Below, in pieces: positions 1 through 13,360 of a stretch of DNA of 51,569 bases. A model generated the notes under the pieces. That model saw only the letters and a list, made by a program, of their open reading frames with translations. It did no database searches and was not told where the DNA came from. A program made the position numbers and the translations under genes. Source of the DNA: Octopus sinensis (lineage: Eukaryota); the NCBI RefSeq assembly GCF_006345805.1, contig NW_021834190.1:1-51569 (forward strand), read 5' to 3'. Position 1 is the first letter of the stretch; each line of letters opens with the position of its first letter.

Positions 1-3000
1 GAAACGTGTGGATGTATGCTATATCCAGGAAGTAAGGTGGAGAGGAGGTTCCGCTAGGCTCCTCACAGGCAAGGAACACAGGTACAAGATTTTCTGGGCA
101 GGGTACACTGACGGGGTCGGGGGCGTGGGTATACTTCTTGCGGAGAAATGGGTAGGTAAGGTAATCGAGGTAGTCAGAGTAAGTGACAGAGTAATTAAAA
201 TTAGATTAGTCCTACACCATAGGACAGCTACCATCATCTCGGCATACGCCCCTCAACCAGGGCTACCGGGAGGACAAAAGACCAATTCTATGACACCCTA
301 TTGCGGACTACCTCGTTGACAAATGACAGTGACCTTCTCTTCGTGGCAGGTGATTTCAATGGACATGTTGGACGACATGTCGGGGGCTTCCATGGCGTCC
401 ATGGAGGCTACGGTTTTGGCTCTCGTAATGAGGAGGGAACCAGGCTGCTGGAGTTCTGCGATGCAAATGACCTTATGGTCTGCAATACCAACTTCAGGAA
501 ACCCACCTCTCACCTAGTCACCTACCGTTCTGGCAGACACACCAGCCAGATTGACTACATTCTTGCCAGAAAAAGGGAAAGAGGGCTGATTGTAAATGCC
601 AAAACCTTTCCAGGCGAAGAATGTACTCCTCAACATAGATTAGTAGTTAGCGACCTCAGGATCAGAGCTAAATGGTTGCCCAGAAGAAGACCAGCTTGGA
701 GGAGAAGGGTCTGGACGCTTAAAGATCCTGCAAATGGACAGAGATTTAGAGACATACTACTCGAAGCCTTTGACGAAATAGAAGGGGATATAGCTTCACT
801 TAATGTGGAAGACAACTGGAGATTCCTACGAGACAATCTGCTGACAGCCACTGAACAGATCTGTGGATGGAGCAAAGTACCATCTCGACCCAGAGTAACA
901 TGGTGGTGGAACACTGTGGTTGATAGGGCTATTAGACAAAAGAGACAGGCTTGGAAGGACTGGAAGAACGGTGGTAGCAGGGAATTGTATCAGACAGCTA
1001 AAAGGGAAGCTAGGAGACAGGTTTATTTAGCCAGAGGGGAAGCGGATAAGAAAAAATTTGCCAATGTTCTGAGCCGTGAGGATGAAAGACTTGAGGTATT
1101 TCGTGTTGCAAGACAGTGTGTGAGAGAGAATCGTGATGTGGTAGGAGAGAAGTGTGTTTGTATGGATGATGGTTCACTTGCGCTAAATGAGGATGCAAAG
1201 AGAGAGGTTTGGAGATGCCACTATGAAAGGCTGCTGAATAAAGAAAATGAATGGGATAAAGAGAGTCTGCCGAATGTTGACCCAACAGAGGGACCAGCTA
1301 TCCGAGTTGATAGTTCCGTGGTAGCTAAGGCAATTAGAAGCATGAAGACAGGAAAAGCCCCAGGCCCATCAGGAATTACTGCAGAGATGCTCAAAATATC
1401 TGGCAGTGTTGGCTATAACCTAGTCACCCGTATAGTCAACCAGGTGATATATGAAGGAGTCATTCCCAATGACTGGTGTAGCAGCATACTAGTCAACTGC
1501 TACAAAGGTAAAGGTGATGCCCTAGATACAAATAATTACAGAGGTATCAAGCTGTTGGATCAGGTAATGAAGGTTACGGAGAGGGTCATAGCCCAACTAA
1601 TTAGAGAGAGAGTTAGTTTAGATGAGATGCAGTTTGGGTTCGTGCCAGGGAAAAGCACCACTGATGCTATATTCCTGGTAAGGCAGCTGCAGGAGAAATA
1701 CCTAGCCAAAGATAAGCCCCTGTACCTGGCTTTCGTTGACATGGAGAAAGCCTTTGATAGGGTCCCCCGATCCCTCATCTGGTGGTCAATGAGGAAACTA
1801 GGGATAGATGAATGGCTGGTGAGGGCTGTGCAAGCCATGTACAGAGATGCCATAAGTAAGGTTAGGGTTGGCAACATGTACACAGAAGAATTCAAAGTAG
1901 AGGTTGGGGTCCACCAGGGTTCAGTACTCAGCCCCCTCCTATTTATCATAGTCCTCCAGGCAATTACGGAGGAATTCAAGACAGGTTGCCCCTGGGAGCT
2001 CCTCTATGCTGACGACCTCGCTCTAATTGCTGAGTCACTATCAGAACTGGAGGAGAAGTTCCAGGTGTGGAAGGAAGGTTTAGAATCGAGGGGCCTTAGA
2101 GTCAACCTAGCTAAAACCAAAGTACTAATAAGTAGAAAGGTAGACAATCCACAAATATCCTCAGGAAGATGGCCCTGCTCGATCTGTAGAAAAGGTGTAG
2201 GTAGAAACTCTATAAGATGTACCCAGTGTAAGCTATGGACACATAAGAGGTGCAGCAATATCAAAGGTAGGCTAACTGGGAAGATAGTTTTTGTATGTGG
2301 CAGATGCTCGGGAGCATTGACCTCCAAAAATCTGCAGAAAACAACTTCCGTCACTTTCCAGGGGGAAAAACTAGAAGTAGTTGATAGCTTCCGTTATCTA
2401 GGTGACCAAGTCAGTAGCGGGGGTGGGTGCACTGAAAGTGTAACTGCTAGAATAAGAATAGCCTGGGCAAAGTTTAGGGAACTCTTACCTTTGCTGGTGA
2501 CTAAAGGCCTCTCGCTCAGAGTAAAAGGCAGACTGTATAATGCATGTGTACGAACAGCCATGCTACATGGCAGTGAAACATGGGCCGTGACTGCTGAGGA
2601 CATGCGTAATCTCGTGAGGAATGAAGCCTGTATGCTCCGATGGATGTGTAATGTCAGTGTACATACTCGACAGAGCGTTAGTACCTTGAGAGAAATGTTG
2701 TACCTAAGAAGCATCAGTTGTGGTGTGCAAGAGAGACGATTGCGCTGGTATGGTCATGTGGCGAGAATGGATGAAGATAGGTGTGTGAGAAAGTGCCAAT
2801 CCCTAGCAGTTGAGGGAACCCGTGGAAGAGGTAGACCCAGGAAAACCTGGGACGAGGTGGTGAAGCACGACCTTCGAACGTTAGGTCTCACCATGGAAAT
2901 GACTAGAGACCGAGACCTATGGAAGTATGCTGTGCGTGAGAAGACCTGACAAGACTAGTGAAGCCATAACCTGTGGCCCCTACCTGGGACGTAGTCAGTC

Positions 3001-3576
3001 CACCTATGCATACCTTCCCCTTGTGACACTTGTGAAGACCTGTTGAGGCAAGTGAAAATCAAAATCAAAATCAAATCAAATCAAATCAAACCAAATAAAA
3101 ATAGATGAACATCAATGGAATTTGTATCCCTGTGGGTGGCACATAAGAAAACCATCTGAACGTGACCATAGCCATTACCGCATCGACTGGCCTCCGTGCT
3201 GTGTGCACATAACAAACAACATCCGAGCGTGGCCGTTCGCCAGCCTCGTCTGGTACCTGTGTCGGTGGCACATAAGAAAACACCATCCGAGCGTGGCCGT
3301 CTGCCAGCCTCGTCTGGCACCTGTGTCAGTGGCACATAAAAACACCATCCAAGCGTGGCCGTGTGCCAGCCTCGCCTGACACCTGTGTCGGTGGCACATA
3401 AAATCACCCACTACACTCTCGGAGTGGTTGGCGTTAGGAAGGGCATCCAGCTGTAGAAACACTGCCAGATCTGACTGGCCTGGTGCAGCCTTCAAGCTTG
3501 CCAGACCCCAGTTGAACCGTCCAACCCATGCTAGCATGGAAAGCGGACGTTAACCAATGATGATGATGATGATGAT
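1..3576 (+). mobile_element. RTE-clade non-LTR retrotransposon, near-intact copy 1 (5' end lies outside the window)
   Basis: APE endonuclease motifs (IQEVRW, SAYAPQ, GDFNGHVG, SQIDYIL), RT motifs (NYRGIKLL, QFGF, DMEKAFD, VHQGSVLSP, YADD) and RTE-type C-terminus (RRLRWYGHV, RGRGRPRKTW). Stop at 2947-2949, then a 3' UTR ending in (GAT)n at about 3557-3576. Confidence 0.95.
8..2949 (+). pseudogene. RTE ORF2 (APE endonuclease - RT - PHD finger - C-terminal domain), one apparent -1 frameshift at about 279
   Basis: ORF 8..319 and ORF 301..2949 join into one reading (GGQK-DQFYDTLLRTT) if one A is added to the A-run at 276-279. No other disruption is seen. Confidence 0.9.
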
Positions 3577-3720
3577 AAAGGTGAAATAAATTTGCTTATG
3601 TGTTTATGCACGTGAATACATGTATGGGTGTATCTTGTTTATATATTAGTATCTCTATATGTGTTTACATATACAGATGTTTATTTCTAGTTATTTCATT
3701 AGTTCATTAGTTTATATTTC

Positions 3721-4474
3721 CACACCCTAGCGGTTGAGGGAACCTGTGGAAGAGGTAGACCCAGGAAGACCTGGGATGAAGTGGTGAAGCACGACCTTCG
3801 AACTTTAGGCCTCACCAAGGAAATGACTAGTGACCGAGACCTTTGGAAATATGCTGTGCTTGAGAAGACCCAGCAAGCCAAATGAGACCATAACCTCGTT
3901 TGCTTGTGCCAGGGGTATAACCAGCCCACGTGTGCGTACCTTTTCCTTCTCTGAACACTAATCTCTGCTTGCGAAGACCTGTTGAGGCAAGTGAAATCGA
4001 AACCGAAATCAAAATCAAAGTGAAATTCGATGACGGGCACGAGCACCATATGAGCGTGGTCGTTGCCAGCTTCGCCTTACTGGCACTTGTGCCCTGTGCT
4101 AGTAGGGTGCTAAGAGCACCATCTGAGCATGATCGTTGCCAGAGTGGCTAACTGGCTTGTAGGAGGGATGTAGGAGGCACCATTCGAGCGGGATCGTTAC
4201 CAGCATCTCCTTACTGGCACCTGTACCATTGGCATGTGTAAAAACAAATTCGAGCGAGGTCGTTGCCAGTACCGCCTGACTGGCTCGATGCTAGTGGCAC
4301 GTAAAAGCACCCACTACACTCTCTGAGTGGTTGGTGTTAGGAAGGGAATCCATCTGTAGAAACTCTGCCAGATCAAGACTGGAGCTTGGTGCAGCCATCT
4401 GGTTCACCAGCCGACAGTCAAACCGTCCAACCCATGCAAGCATGGAAAGCGGACGTTAAATGATGATGATGATG
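3721..4474 (+). mobile_element. 5'-truncated RTE copy (last ORF2 codons plus 3' UTR)
   Basis: 3721-3875 matches the end of copy 1 (LAVEGTCGRGRPRKTWDEVVKHDLR), followed by an AAATC-like repeat, the UTR core and an (ATG)n tail. Confidence 0.9.
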
Positions 4475-4704
4475 TATATGCGTATATGGATAATATTGTT
4501 GGTATTTATCTGTATATATAAAAGGCAGGATGTGTGTACGTGAATGTAATTTATGCACGTCCACAAATTAGCACGCATGTCGCTCCAATTTTAGGAGGAC
4601 ATTTGTCACGACCCTAACTGTATTTTTATCAAATTATTTTTCCTGAAGCACCAGCGGGTAGTAGTAAAAATCGATTTTCAGCCTTAACTTTTACCAATTT
4701 TGAA

Positions 4705-7700
4705 GTTTGCTAACAAGGCTGACACCTGGACTTACAGGGCACATACAACAAATACAGACAGCCCAGCAGACCGAATATCCAGTCAGCACAGTCCCAGCAA
4801 CTACAACAGTCTTGCCAACAATAGGGCAGATGTATCCGGTACAACAAGCATAATAACAGCAAATATCCAGGGTCTTTATCCGAAAACAAAACAGTGTAAA
4901 GTCCCTTTCTTGTAAGAATTAGCAACAGAAAACAACTCCAAAATAATTGGAATTACTGAAAGTCATCTCAACGAAAACATCCGCAACAGCGAAATCACAA
5001 TCAATAGATTCAACATCTTCAGATGTGATAGACAAGGCAGATCCCATGGGGGCGTTATCATGTATATCCATGATACCTATGCATGCATAGAACTTGTCAA
5101 TGAATCAAATGCCTACTGCAACCTGCTGTGCATAAAAATCATCCAACTTAATACAGTTGTAACAATAATGTACAGACCGCCAAACAGCCCAACATTATCC
5201 TTCACTGAGCCACTGACGAAGCTCCAACAAATTCTGGGAAACATGGCAAGTCCAATGCCAGACATTATCCTCCTTGGTGACTTCAACTTCCCTAACATCA
5301 TCTGGCCACATGGACACATACTAAAACTGGGGACAAAAGCTGAACAAATACAGGCAGCCAAACTGTTGGAAGTCACAGAGAAATTATACCTTAAACAAAT
5401 GATGACAGAAGCAACAAGAAATAATAATACGATCGACTTGGTTTTCACCAACAACGAGGACACGCTATTTGACCTTCACTCAACCCCAACAATCCTTTCA
5501 GACCACAATATTATTGAAATGCATTTACACATTGGTAATGAGCCCAATGCCACAACTCTTAAACAAAAGGACATGCCAAAGCTATGCAGGTATGATTATC
5601 ACCAGGCAAATTGGGAAACTATTAACAACCAGTTACAAATCATTGACTGGGATCTCTACCTTACTGGGCCAGATAAACACAAGAAATTCTTAAACAAGAT
5701 CGAAGAATATGTGAAAAAAATGTTCCTCTAAAGAAAACCAAGTCCACAAAAAAACCTGTACCACGGGAGCGAAAGATCCTGATGCGCAAAAGGTCAAGAC
5801 TAAGAAACAAAACATCTAAGCTGACATCAAAACATGAATTACAGAAAGTCCTTGACCAAATATACAGATTAGAAAACAATCTAAAACAACACTATGATGA
5901 AGAACGTAACAATGCAGAAAAGAGAGCCATAGAAAACATCAAGAAAATCCAAAATGTTTCTACAGTTTTGCAAAGAAATACTCGAACACCAAGTCAACAA
6001 TAGGACCTCTCCAGAAACAAAATGGGGATGTAGTGAATAACCCTATTGAAATGGCAGAAATGTTGGGTCAACAGTATGAAAGTGTCTTCAGTGAGCCATC
6101 TAAAACCATGAAGATCCATGACCCAGGAAAATTCTTCAAGGATATCGACCATACTAAACCTACCCTATCCGACATTGATTTCAACCAGAAGACATAGCAA
6201 GAGCAATAGACAAGCTCTCCATGCACTCGGCTGCGGGGCCTGACGGTTTCAATGCCATGATACTTAAAAACTGCAAGGCACAATTGTTGAAACCCCTTTA
6301 CATGATATGGAGGGAATCTATGGAGAATGGCAAAATACCAAATACATATAAAGAAGCACACATAACTCCAATACATAAAGGGGACAGCAAATCAAAACCA
6401 AAGAACTACCGACCAATCTCACTGACATCACACATTATCAAGGTCTTCGAAAGAATAGTTCGTGGAAAACTGGTTGAGTTCCTGGAATCCAACAATCTGA
6501 TGAATTGCAACCAGCATGGATTCAGGTTAGGTAGATCATGCCTTTCCCAACTACTGGCACACCATGACCAAATCCTAGAAAATCTAGAGAATGGATACAA
6601 CACAGATGTTACCTACCTCGACTTTGCCAAGGCATTTGACAAGGTAGATCATGGCATCCTGGGTCACAAACTTCGAAAGCTAGGAGTAGGAGGAAAAGTT
6701 GGTACATGGATACACGAGTTCCTTACAAATAGAACTCAAACAGTCACTGTGAATGGAACCCATTCAACACCATCACCTGTGACCAGCAGTGTTCCTCAGG
6801 GTACAGTACTCGGCCCAATCCTGTTTCTCATCCTCATCTCTGACATAGATGAAGATACAACCAGCAACGTCTCATCCTTTGCTGATGACACCAGGGTCAT
6901 GAGACAAATCAAAGACGAGGTGGATACAGAGGTCTTACAAAAGGACCTGACCACCATATATAAATGGCAAGAAATAAACAACATGTTGTTCAATGATAAG
7001 AAGTTTGAACTAATTCGCTACGGAACAGATCAAGATCTGAAAAATACAACAAACTACAGAAACCCATCAGGACAACAAATAATGGAAAAACAGTATGTGA
7101 AAGATTTAGGCATCCACATGGGAACCAACCTAAAATTCAGAGAACACCTTGACTCAGTCTGTCTTACTGCAAGAAAGTACAGCGGGTGGATCTTGCGCAC
7201 CTTCAAATCAAGAGATACCTCAACAATGAAAACCCTCTGGAACAGTATGATACTTCCGAGGATTGACTACTGTTCTCAGTTGTGGTCACCAACAACAAAG
7301 GGCCAACTATCTAAGATAGAATCGCTCCAAAGAAATTTTACCTCATACTTCTCAGAAACGAGGGACCTGGACTATTGGCAAAGACTCAAAACCTTGAGGA
7401 TGTACTCAATAGAAAGAAGATTTGAGCGATACCAAATTATATACATTTGGAAAATGATAGAGCAGAAGGTGCCAAACTTTGGTATCAAAACCTACCACTC
7501 ACTGCGCCACGGAAGACGCTGCCAGCTGCCACCAATCAACAAAAAGGCTGGCCAGGCAGCCAAAACCCTGCGAGAATCAAGTCTGTTGGTTCGAGGAGCA
7601 CAACTGTTCAACTCCATTCCAGTACATGTCAGAAATCTATCAGGATGCAGTGTGGAATCATTCAAATTGCAACTGGATAGATACTTAAGCACCATTAGAG

Positions 7701-7879
7701 ATGAACCCCATCTCCCAGGATATACACAACGAGCACAAACTGACTCAAACTCGCTCCTACACATGTCAAAATTAAGCAGAGAATACAACCTGGCAACCAC
7801 ACCAGACTCTGAGGGTGGAGTCTTCGACTTAGCCTGAGCATGGACTCAAACCCAAATGAAATGAAATGAAATGAAATGA
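4705..7879 (+). mobile_element. CR1-type LINE with near-complete ORF2 (pseudogenised as assembled)
   Basis: Endonuclease (TANIQGL, GITESHL, YRPPNS, GDFNFP, IDLVFTN, SDHN) and RT (AGPDG, NYRPISLTS, QHGF, YLDFAKAFD, VPQGTVLGP, FADD). Stop at 7835-7837 and (AAATG)n tail at 7854-7879. In-frame TAA at 4913 and single-base frameshifts near 5720, 5947 and 6185. Confidence 0.9.
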
Positions 7880-8344
7880 GTTAAGTCCCTTCTTGCCATA
7901 ACGAAGTGAAAATGTGTGTGTGTGTGTGTGAGGGAGAGAGAAGTTGTGTTGATGTATGTATGTGTGTGTGTGAGGGAGACAGATGTTGCGTGTTGTTGTG
8001 TGTGTGTGTGTGAGGGAGAGATAGAGTAAGTGACAGTGTTCACCAAAAATAAAAATGTAAAATGTTTTTTTTTCTTATACACGAGATATAGTATTCAAAT
8101 TTAGGATGTTTTTGAAAGACACTATACTTTATAATCAGATTATATATACTTTCTCACACAACAATTAAAATATATTTATTTTAAATCGTTTATTTATTTT
8201 AAATCGTTCATCTTTCTCCCTGCCCCCCCCTCTCTCTCACACACACACACATTACTTTGGGCACGAAAGAGTTTGTTTTACATTGAGGAAAAAATTTTTT
8301 GTTGAGAATCTATGTTATAGAAACATTAAGTTTCTGAAAAGACG

Positions 8345-10618
8345 TGCATTTAATGTTTCTGAAAAGAAAGAGGCTTGGAGAAGCTATTATGAAAGACTGC
8401 TGAATGTAGAGAATGAATGGGAGGAGAAGAGCCTGCCAAATGTTAACCCAGTAGAAGGACCAGCTATCCGAATAAACAGCCCCCTAGTAGGTAAAGCAAT
8501 TAAGGGTATGAAGCTAGGAAAAGCCCCCAGCCTATCAAGAATCACTGCTGAGATGCTTAAAACATCTGGTGGAGTGGGCTATGGCCTAGTCACATGCATT
8601 GTAAACCAGGTAGTTCAACATGGAGCCATACCCAATGACTGGCATAGCAGCACCATAGTCAACTGCTACAAGGGTAAAGGTGATGCTCTAGATAGAAACA
8701 ACTACAAGGGTATTAAACTGCTGGATCAGGTGATGACTGTCACAGAGAGGGTCATAGCCCATCTCATTAGGGAGAGAGTCTGCTTAGATGAGATGCAGTT
8801 TGATTTTGTTCTGGGTAGAAGCACCACTGATGCCATATTACTGGTTTGACAACTGCAGGAGAAATACCTAGCTAAAGATAAACCCCTGTACTTAGCTTTT
8901 GTGGACTTGGAGAAAGCCTTTGAGAGGGTTCCCTGATCCCTTATCTGGTGGGTGATGTAGAAACTGGGGACTGACGAATGGTTAATAAGGGCTGTACAGA
9001 CAGGTCGTTAGTATGGTTAGGCTTGGCAATTAGTGAAGAATTCCATGTAGAATTAGGAGTCCATCAAGGTTCAGCCCTCAGCCCCCTTTTATTCATCATA
9101 GTCCTCTAGGCAATAACAGGGGAATTGAAGATGGGTTGCCCTTGAGAGCTCCTCTATGCTGATGACCTGGCTTTCATAGCAGAATCACTATCGGAACTAG
9201 AAAAGAAATTTCGGCTGTGGAAGCAAGGTTTCGAATCAAAACACCTTAGAGTCAATGTATCAAAGACTAAAGTTCTAGTAAGTAGGAAGGCGAACTCATC
9301 ACCCCCCCTCTCAATCTGTAGAAAAGGTGTAGGTAGAAACTCCATAAGATGTACACAGTGTAAGCTATGGATGCATAAGAGGTGCAGCAACATCAGAGGA
9401 AAATTAACCGAGAAGATAGCTTTTGTGTGCAGCAGATGCACAGGGGCAATAGACACCACAGATACTGAGAAAACAGATTTCATCACACTCCAGGGGGAGA
9501 AACTAGAAGTAGTTGATAGTTTCCACTACCTAGGTGACCAAGTTAGTAGTGGAGGTGGATTCTCATAGAGTGTCACCACTAGAATATGAATAGCCTGGGC
9601 AAAGTTTAGAAAGTTTCTACCCCTACTGGTGACAAAGGGTCTCTCGCACAGAGTGAATGGTAGATTGTACGATGCATGTGTGTGAACTACAATGCTTCAA
9701 GGTAGTGAAATATGGACTGTGACTGCAGAGGACATGCATAGGCTTGAAAGAAATGAAGCTAGCATGATCCGCTGGATGTGTAATGTTAGTGTGCACACAT
9801 GACAGAGTGTAAGTGTCCTGAGAGAAATACTGGACATAAGAAGCATTGGATGTGGCGTGCAAGAGAGACATTTGCACTTATTTGGTCATGCACTACAGAT
9901 GGATGAGGAAAGATGTGTGAAGAAATGCCACTCCCAAACAGTTGAAAGAATCCAGGGTAGAGGTAGACCCAGGAATACATGGGATGTGGTGGTCAAGCAT
10001 GACCTTCGAACGTTGGGCCTCACAGAGGCAATGACGAAATACCGAGAACTCTGGAGGTATGCTGTGACTGTGAAAACCCGACAGATAATGTGAGTTCATG
10101 GCTGTCTCCTGCACCAGCTTCACATAGCAGCCCCAACCCATCCAAAGTACCTTGGATCACAGGACGGCCTGTTGTGCTTATCTTGGATTGTAGGGTGGCC
10201 TGCTGGCTTGAGCAGACCTATTGAGTCAAGTACATCAACATGAAATAAAAATCAAATGGAAATTGTAGTAGTGATACCTGTGCTGGTGTCACGTAAAAAG
10301 CACCATCCGAACGTGGCCGATGCCAGCGCCGCCTTGACTGGCTTCCGTGCCGGTGGCACATAAAAAGCACCAGCCGATCGTGGCTATTGCCAGCCTCCCC
10401 TGATGCCTGTGCCGGTGGCACATAAAAAGCACCCTCTACATTCACGGAGTTGTTGGTGTTAGGAAGGGCATCTAGCTGTAGAAACACTGCCAGATCAGAC
10501 TGGAGCCTGGTGCAGCCTCCTGGTTTCTCAGACCCCAGTCGAACCGTCCAACCCATGCTAGCATGGAAAACGGACGTTGAACAATGATGATGATGATGAC
10601 GGTGATGATGACGATGAC
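8345..10618 (+). mobile_element. Diverged 5'-truncated RTE copy
   Basis: Collinear with copy 1 from the KEAWRSYYERLLN region through YADD, the PHD remnant and the C-terminus. Multiple stops and indels. Ends in the same UTR core and a GAT/GAC tail. Confidence 0.9.
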
Positions 10619-11119
10619 GGAAACAAAGAGTTAGGTATCAATTTTTCAATGAATTACGCAATATAAATGGGTATTTGTAGCATATTAGGAGGCCAGGGTA
10701 GTTGATTCCATGCAAAAAATCCGATTTTTTTTTCTTAGTGAAAATTGTGTGAGCTTTATCTAAAAATTTGCCTAGAGTGTTTCATGGTAAATTTGAGAGT
10801 AAAAAAAAAAATGCTTTCCATATTCTTAATCTCCGTATTTTTCCATGTACATTGAAAAATAGATGATGAAATGATCAATGGGTATGGGGTGTGAAATTTC
10901 AGAAGCTTCCACCACACCACACCACACCCTGTTTTTTGGACCATATAAAGGGTTTTGTAGCATATTTGGTGGCCATGGTAGTTGATTCCAAGCAAAAATC
11001 CAATTTTTTTACTTAGTGAAAATCGTGCAAGTGTTAATCTAAAAATTTAATTTAAAACCTTTTTCCATTCATTTCTGTTTATGAAATTCTCTGTATGTAA
11101 TTTTGCTTCCTTGGTGGTC

Positions 11120-12821
11120 AAGGCAAATGATGACTGGCAAAGCAACAGTGCCCTAATGCTGACATTGGATACAATGGCCTGATCTACAATAATGCGCTGA
11201 TTGAAATCAAGGATGCCCTGCTCAGAATGGGTGGGGCAGCGTTAAACACATTCGGTTTGCCATCCTCATTGCGACAGGGCATTAACACACTCCCACCAAA
11301 GTTACATCTGGACTTGTCATATGACGCTGATGGCCTTGCAGAGTACCTGAGAGTAAATGAACCGAAACTGCTGCCTGATCAGAGGCTAGTGTACGAAACT
11401 GTCGTCAGTGCCATTAAAAAACAGGTGGGTGGCATTTTTTTCCTCAGTGCTGCTAGAGGTACCAGCAAATCCTTTGTAACACAATTAATACTTGATAATA
11501 TTCATTGCAAGAAACAAATTGCACTAGCAGTTGCTTCCTTGGGAATCGCTGCTACGTTATTGCCGGGAGGTAGGACGGTGCACTCAGCATTCAGGCTGCC
11601 TTTACATTTGGTGAGGGCTGAGGTTCCTACTTGCAAGATTGGCAAAATTTCAGAGGAAAATGAAGTTCTTAGTGCCATCTCATTGTATGGGATGAATGCA
11701 CAATGACAAGTAAGGGTGCCCTTGAGGCACTGGACCGGTCACTGAAAGGTATTAGGGATTCTACAGCTTCTATGAGTGGTGTAACTCTATTGCTTTCAGG
11801 AGATTTCTGGCAAACACTTCCTGTCATCCCTAAAGGGAGCCAGGCTGATGAAGCGCGTGCATGCCTTAAGTCATCGACGTTGTGGCTCCAGGTTAAGACC
11901 TTAAGTCTAAGCGCAAACATGTGTGCACACTTGCTTGGTGATAGCACGTCTGCAGCATTTGCTGAAGTCATTTTAACCCTTGGAGAAGGCAAGTTCCCAA
12001 GGAATTATAGGGGTGACATATCCATCTCTGAACTGTGCAACACTGTGGACAACCCTTCCAATCTTTCGGAAACAGTGTTCCCCAATCTGGAGGGGAACAC
12101 TCCAACATGGCTTCCACTCACATTCTTAGGCTAAGGGTTGGATGCCCAATTATGCTAATTAGAAACTTTTTCCGCCTAAACAGTGCAATGGGACCTGCTT
12201 AGTAATCAAGTCTCTGACGCCCCACTTGACTGAGGCCACCATTGTTACAGGGTGCGGGAGGGGTGAAAATATTTCCATTTCAAGGATGCAGCTTTATCCC
12301 TCAGGGTCAGACATGCCATTTAACCTCCACAGATCACAGTTCCCAGTGAGATCATGCTTCACCATGTCCATCAACAAATCCCAAGGCCAAACACTATTGG
12401 TGGCAGGCATCCATTTGAGGTTTTCCATTCAATCAGGATAAAAAATTGATGAAACAATTCCTTATAGGATTTCCTACTAATATTGGCTACACCCCATTTT
12501 CAACCATAACTTTCACATATTTTGACATATTTTCCCCAAACTTGATGCCAGCATTACTTAGGACCCATGGAATCTTTGAATGCTGTAAGTTCTCAAAAAA
12601 AAATAAATAAACAATTGCTGAATGGAAATAATTGATAAACCAATTCCTTATGGGATTTCATAATCAAATTGCCTGCAACCCATTTTCAGCCAAAAGTATA
12701 CCAATTTCAATGGATTTCACTCAAATTTGATGTCGGTGTCACTTATTTTGGTTTGAAATAAAGCGTTTGATCACTTTATAATCCTAACTTAATTCCGGGC
12801 AACACCGGGCTATACTGCAAG
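11120..12821 (+). mobile_element. Helitron remnant (Pif1-like helicase) with probable 3' terminus
   Basis: Degenerate Walker A (AARGTSKSF), GIAATLLPGGRTVHSAFRLP, DECTM, GDFWQTLPVI and INKSQGQTL across ORFs 11227-12441. GC-rich hairpin-like CCGGGCAACACCGGG at 12795-12809 followed by CAAG|T (CTRR-like end). Confidence 0.85.
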
Positions 12822-13044
12822 TAAAATATATAATGAAATAACATAAAGAAGTAAGCAGAAATAATGAATGAATTAATTAATTATAAATAAAAATAACCAC
12901 ACAAGCAAATTTATTTCACCTTTATATTTTTATTTATTCTTTACTCCTTACTTATTTACCTTATTTTATTTTATTTATGTTGTATAAATACCAACAATAT
13001 TATCCATGTATACATATACACATAATATAATCCATCTATGCATA

Positions 13045-13360
13045 GTAAAGGCACATGGCTTAGTGGTTAGGGCATTCAGCTCATGATCAAAAGATCATAA
13101 GTTCAATTCCTGGTGACGCATTTTGTCCTTGAGCAAGACACTTTATTTCACATTGCTCCAGTTCACTCAGCTGGCAAAAATGAGTAGCACTTGTATTTTA
13201 AAGGGCCAGCCACGTCATGCTGAATCTCCCTGAGAACTACGTTAAGGTTACACATGTCTGTGGAGTGCTCAGCCACTTGCACATTAATTTCATGAGCAAG
13301 CTGTCCTGTCGATCATATCAGCTAGGACCTTTGTCATCATAACCAATGGAGTGCTCCTCA
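13045..13360 (+). mobile_element. tRNA-derived SINE with long target-site duplication
   Basis: A-box-like TGGCTTAGTGG, B-box-like AGTTCAATTCC and central GTCCTTGAGCAAGACACTT. Flanked by TAATCCAT(C/G)TATGCATA at 13028-13044 and 13364-13380. A second copy lies at 42627-42936 (-). Confidence 0.85.
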
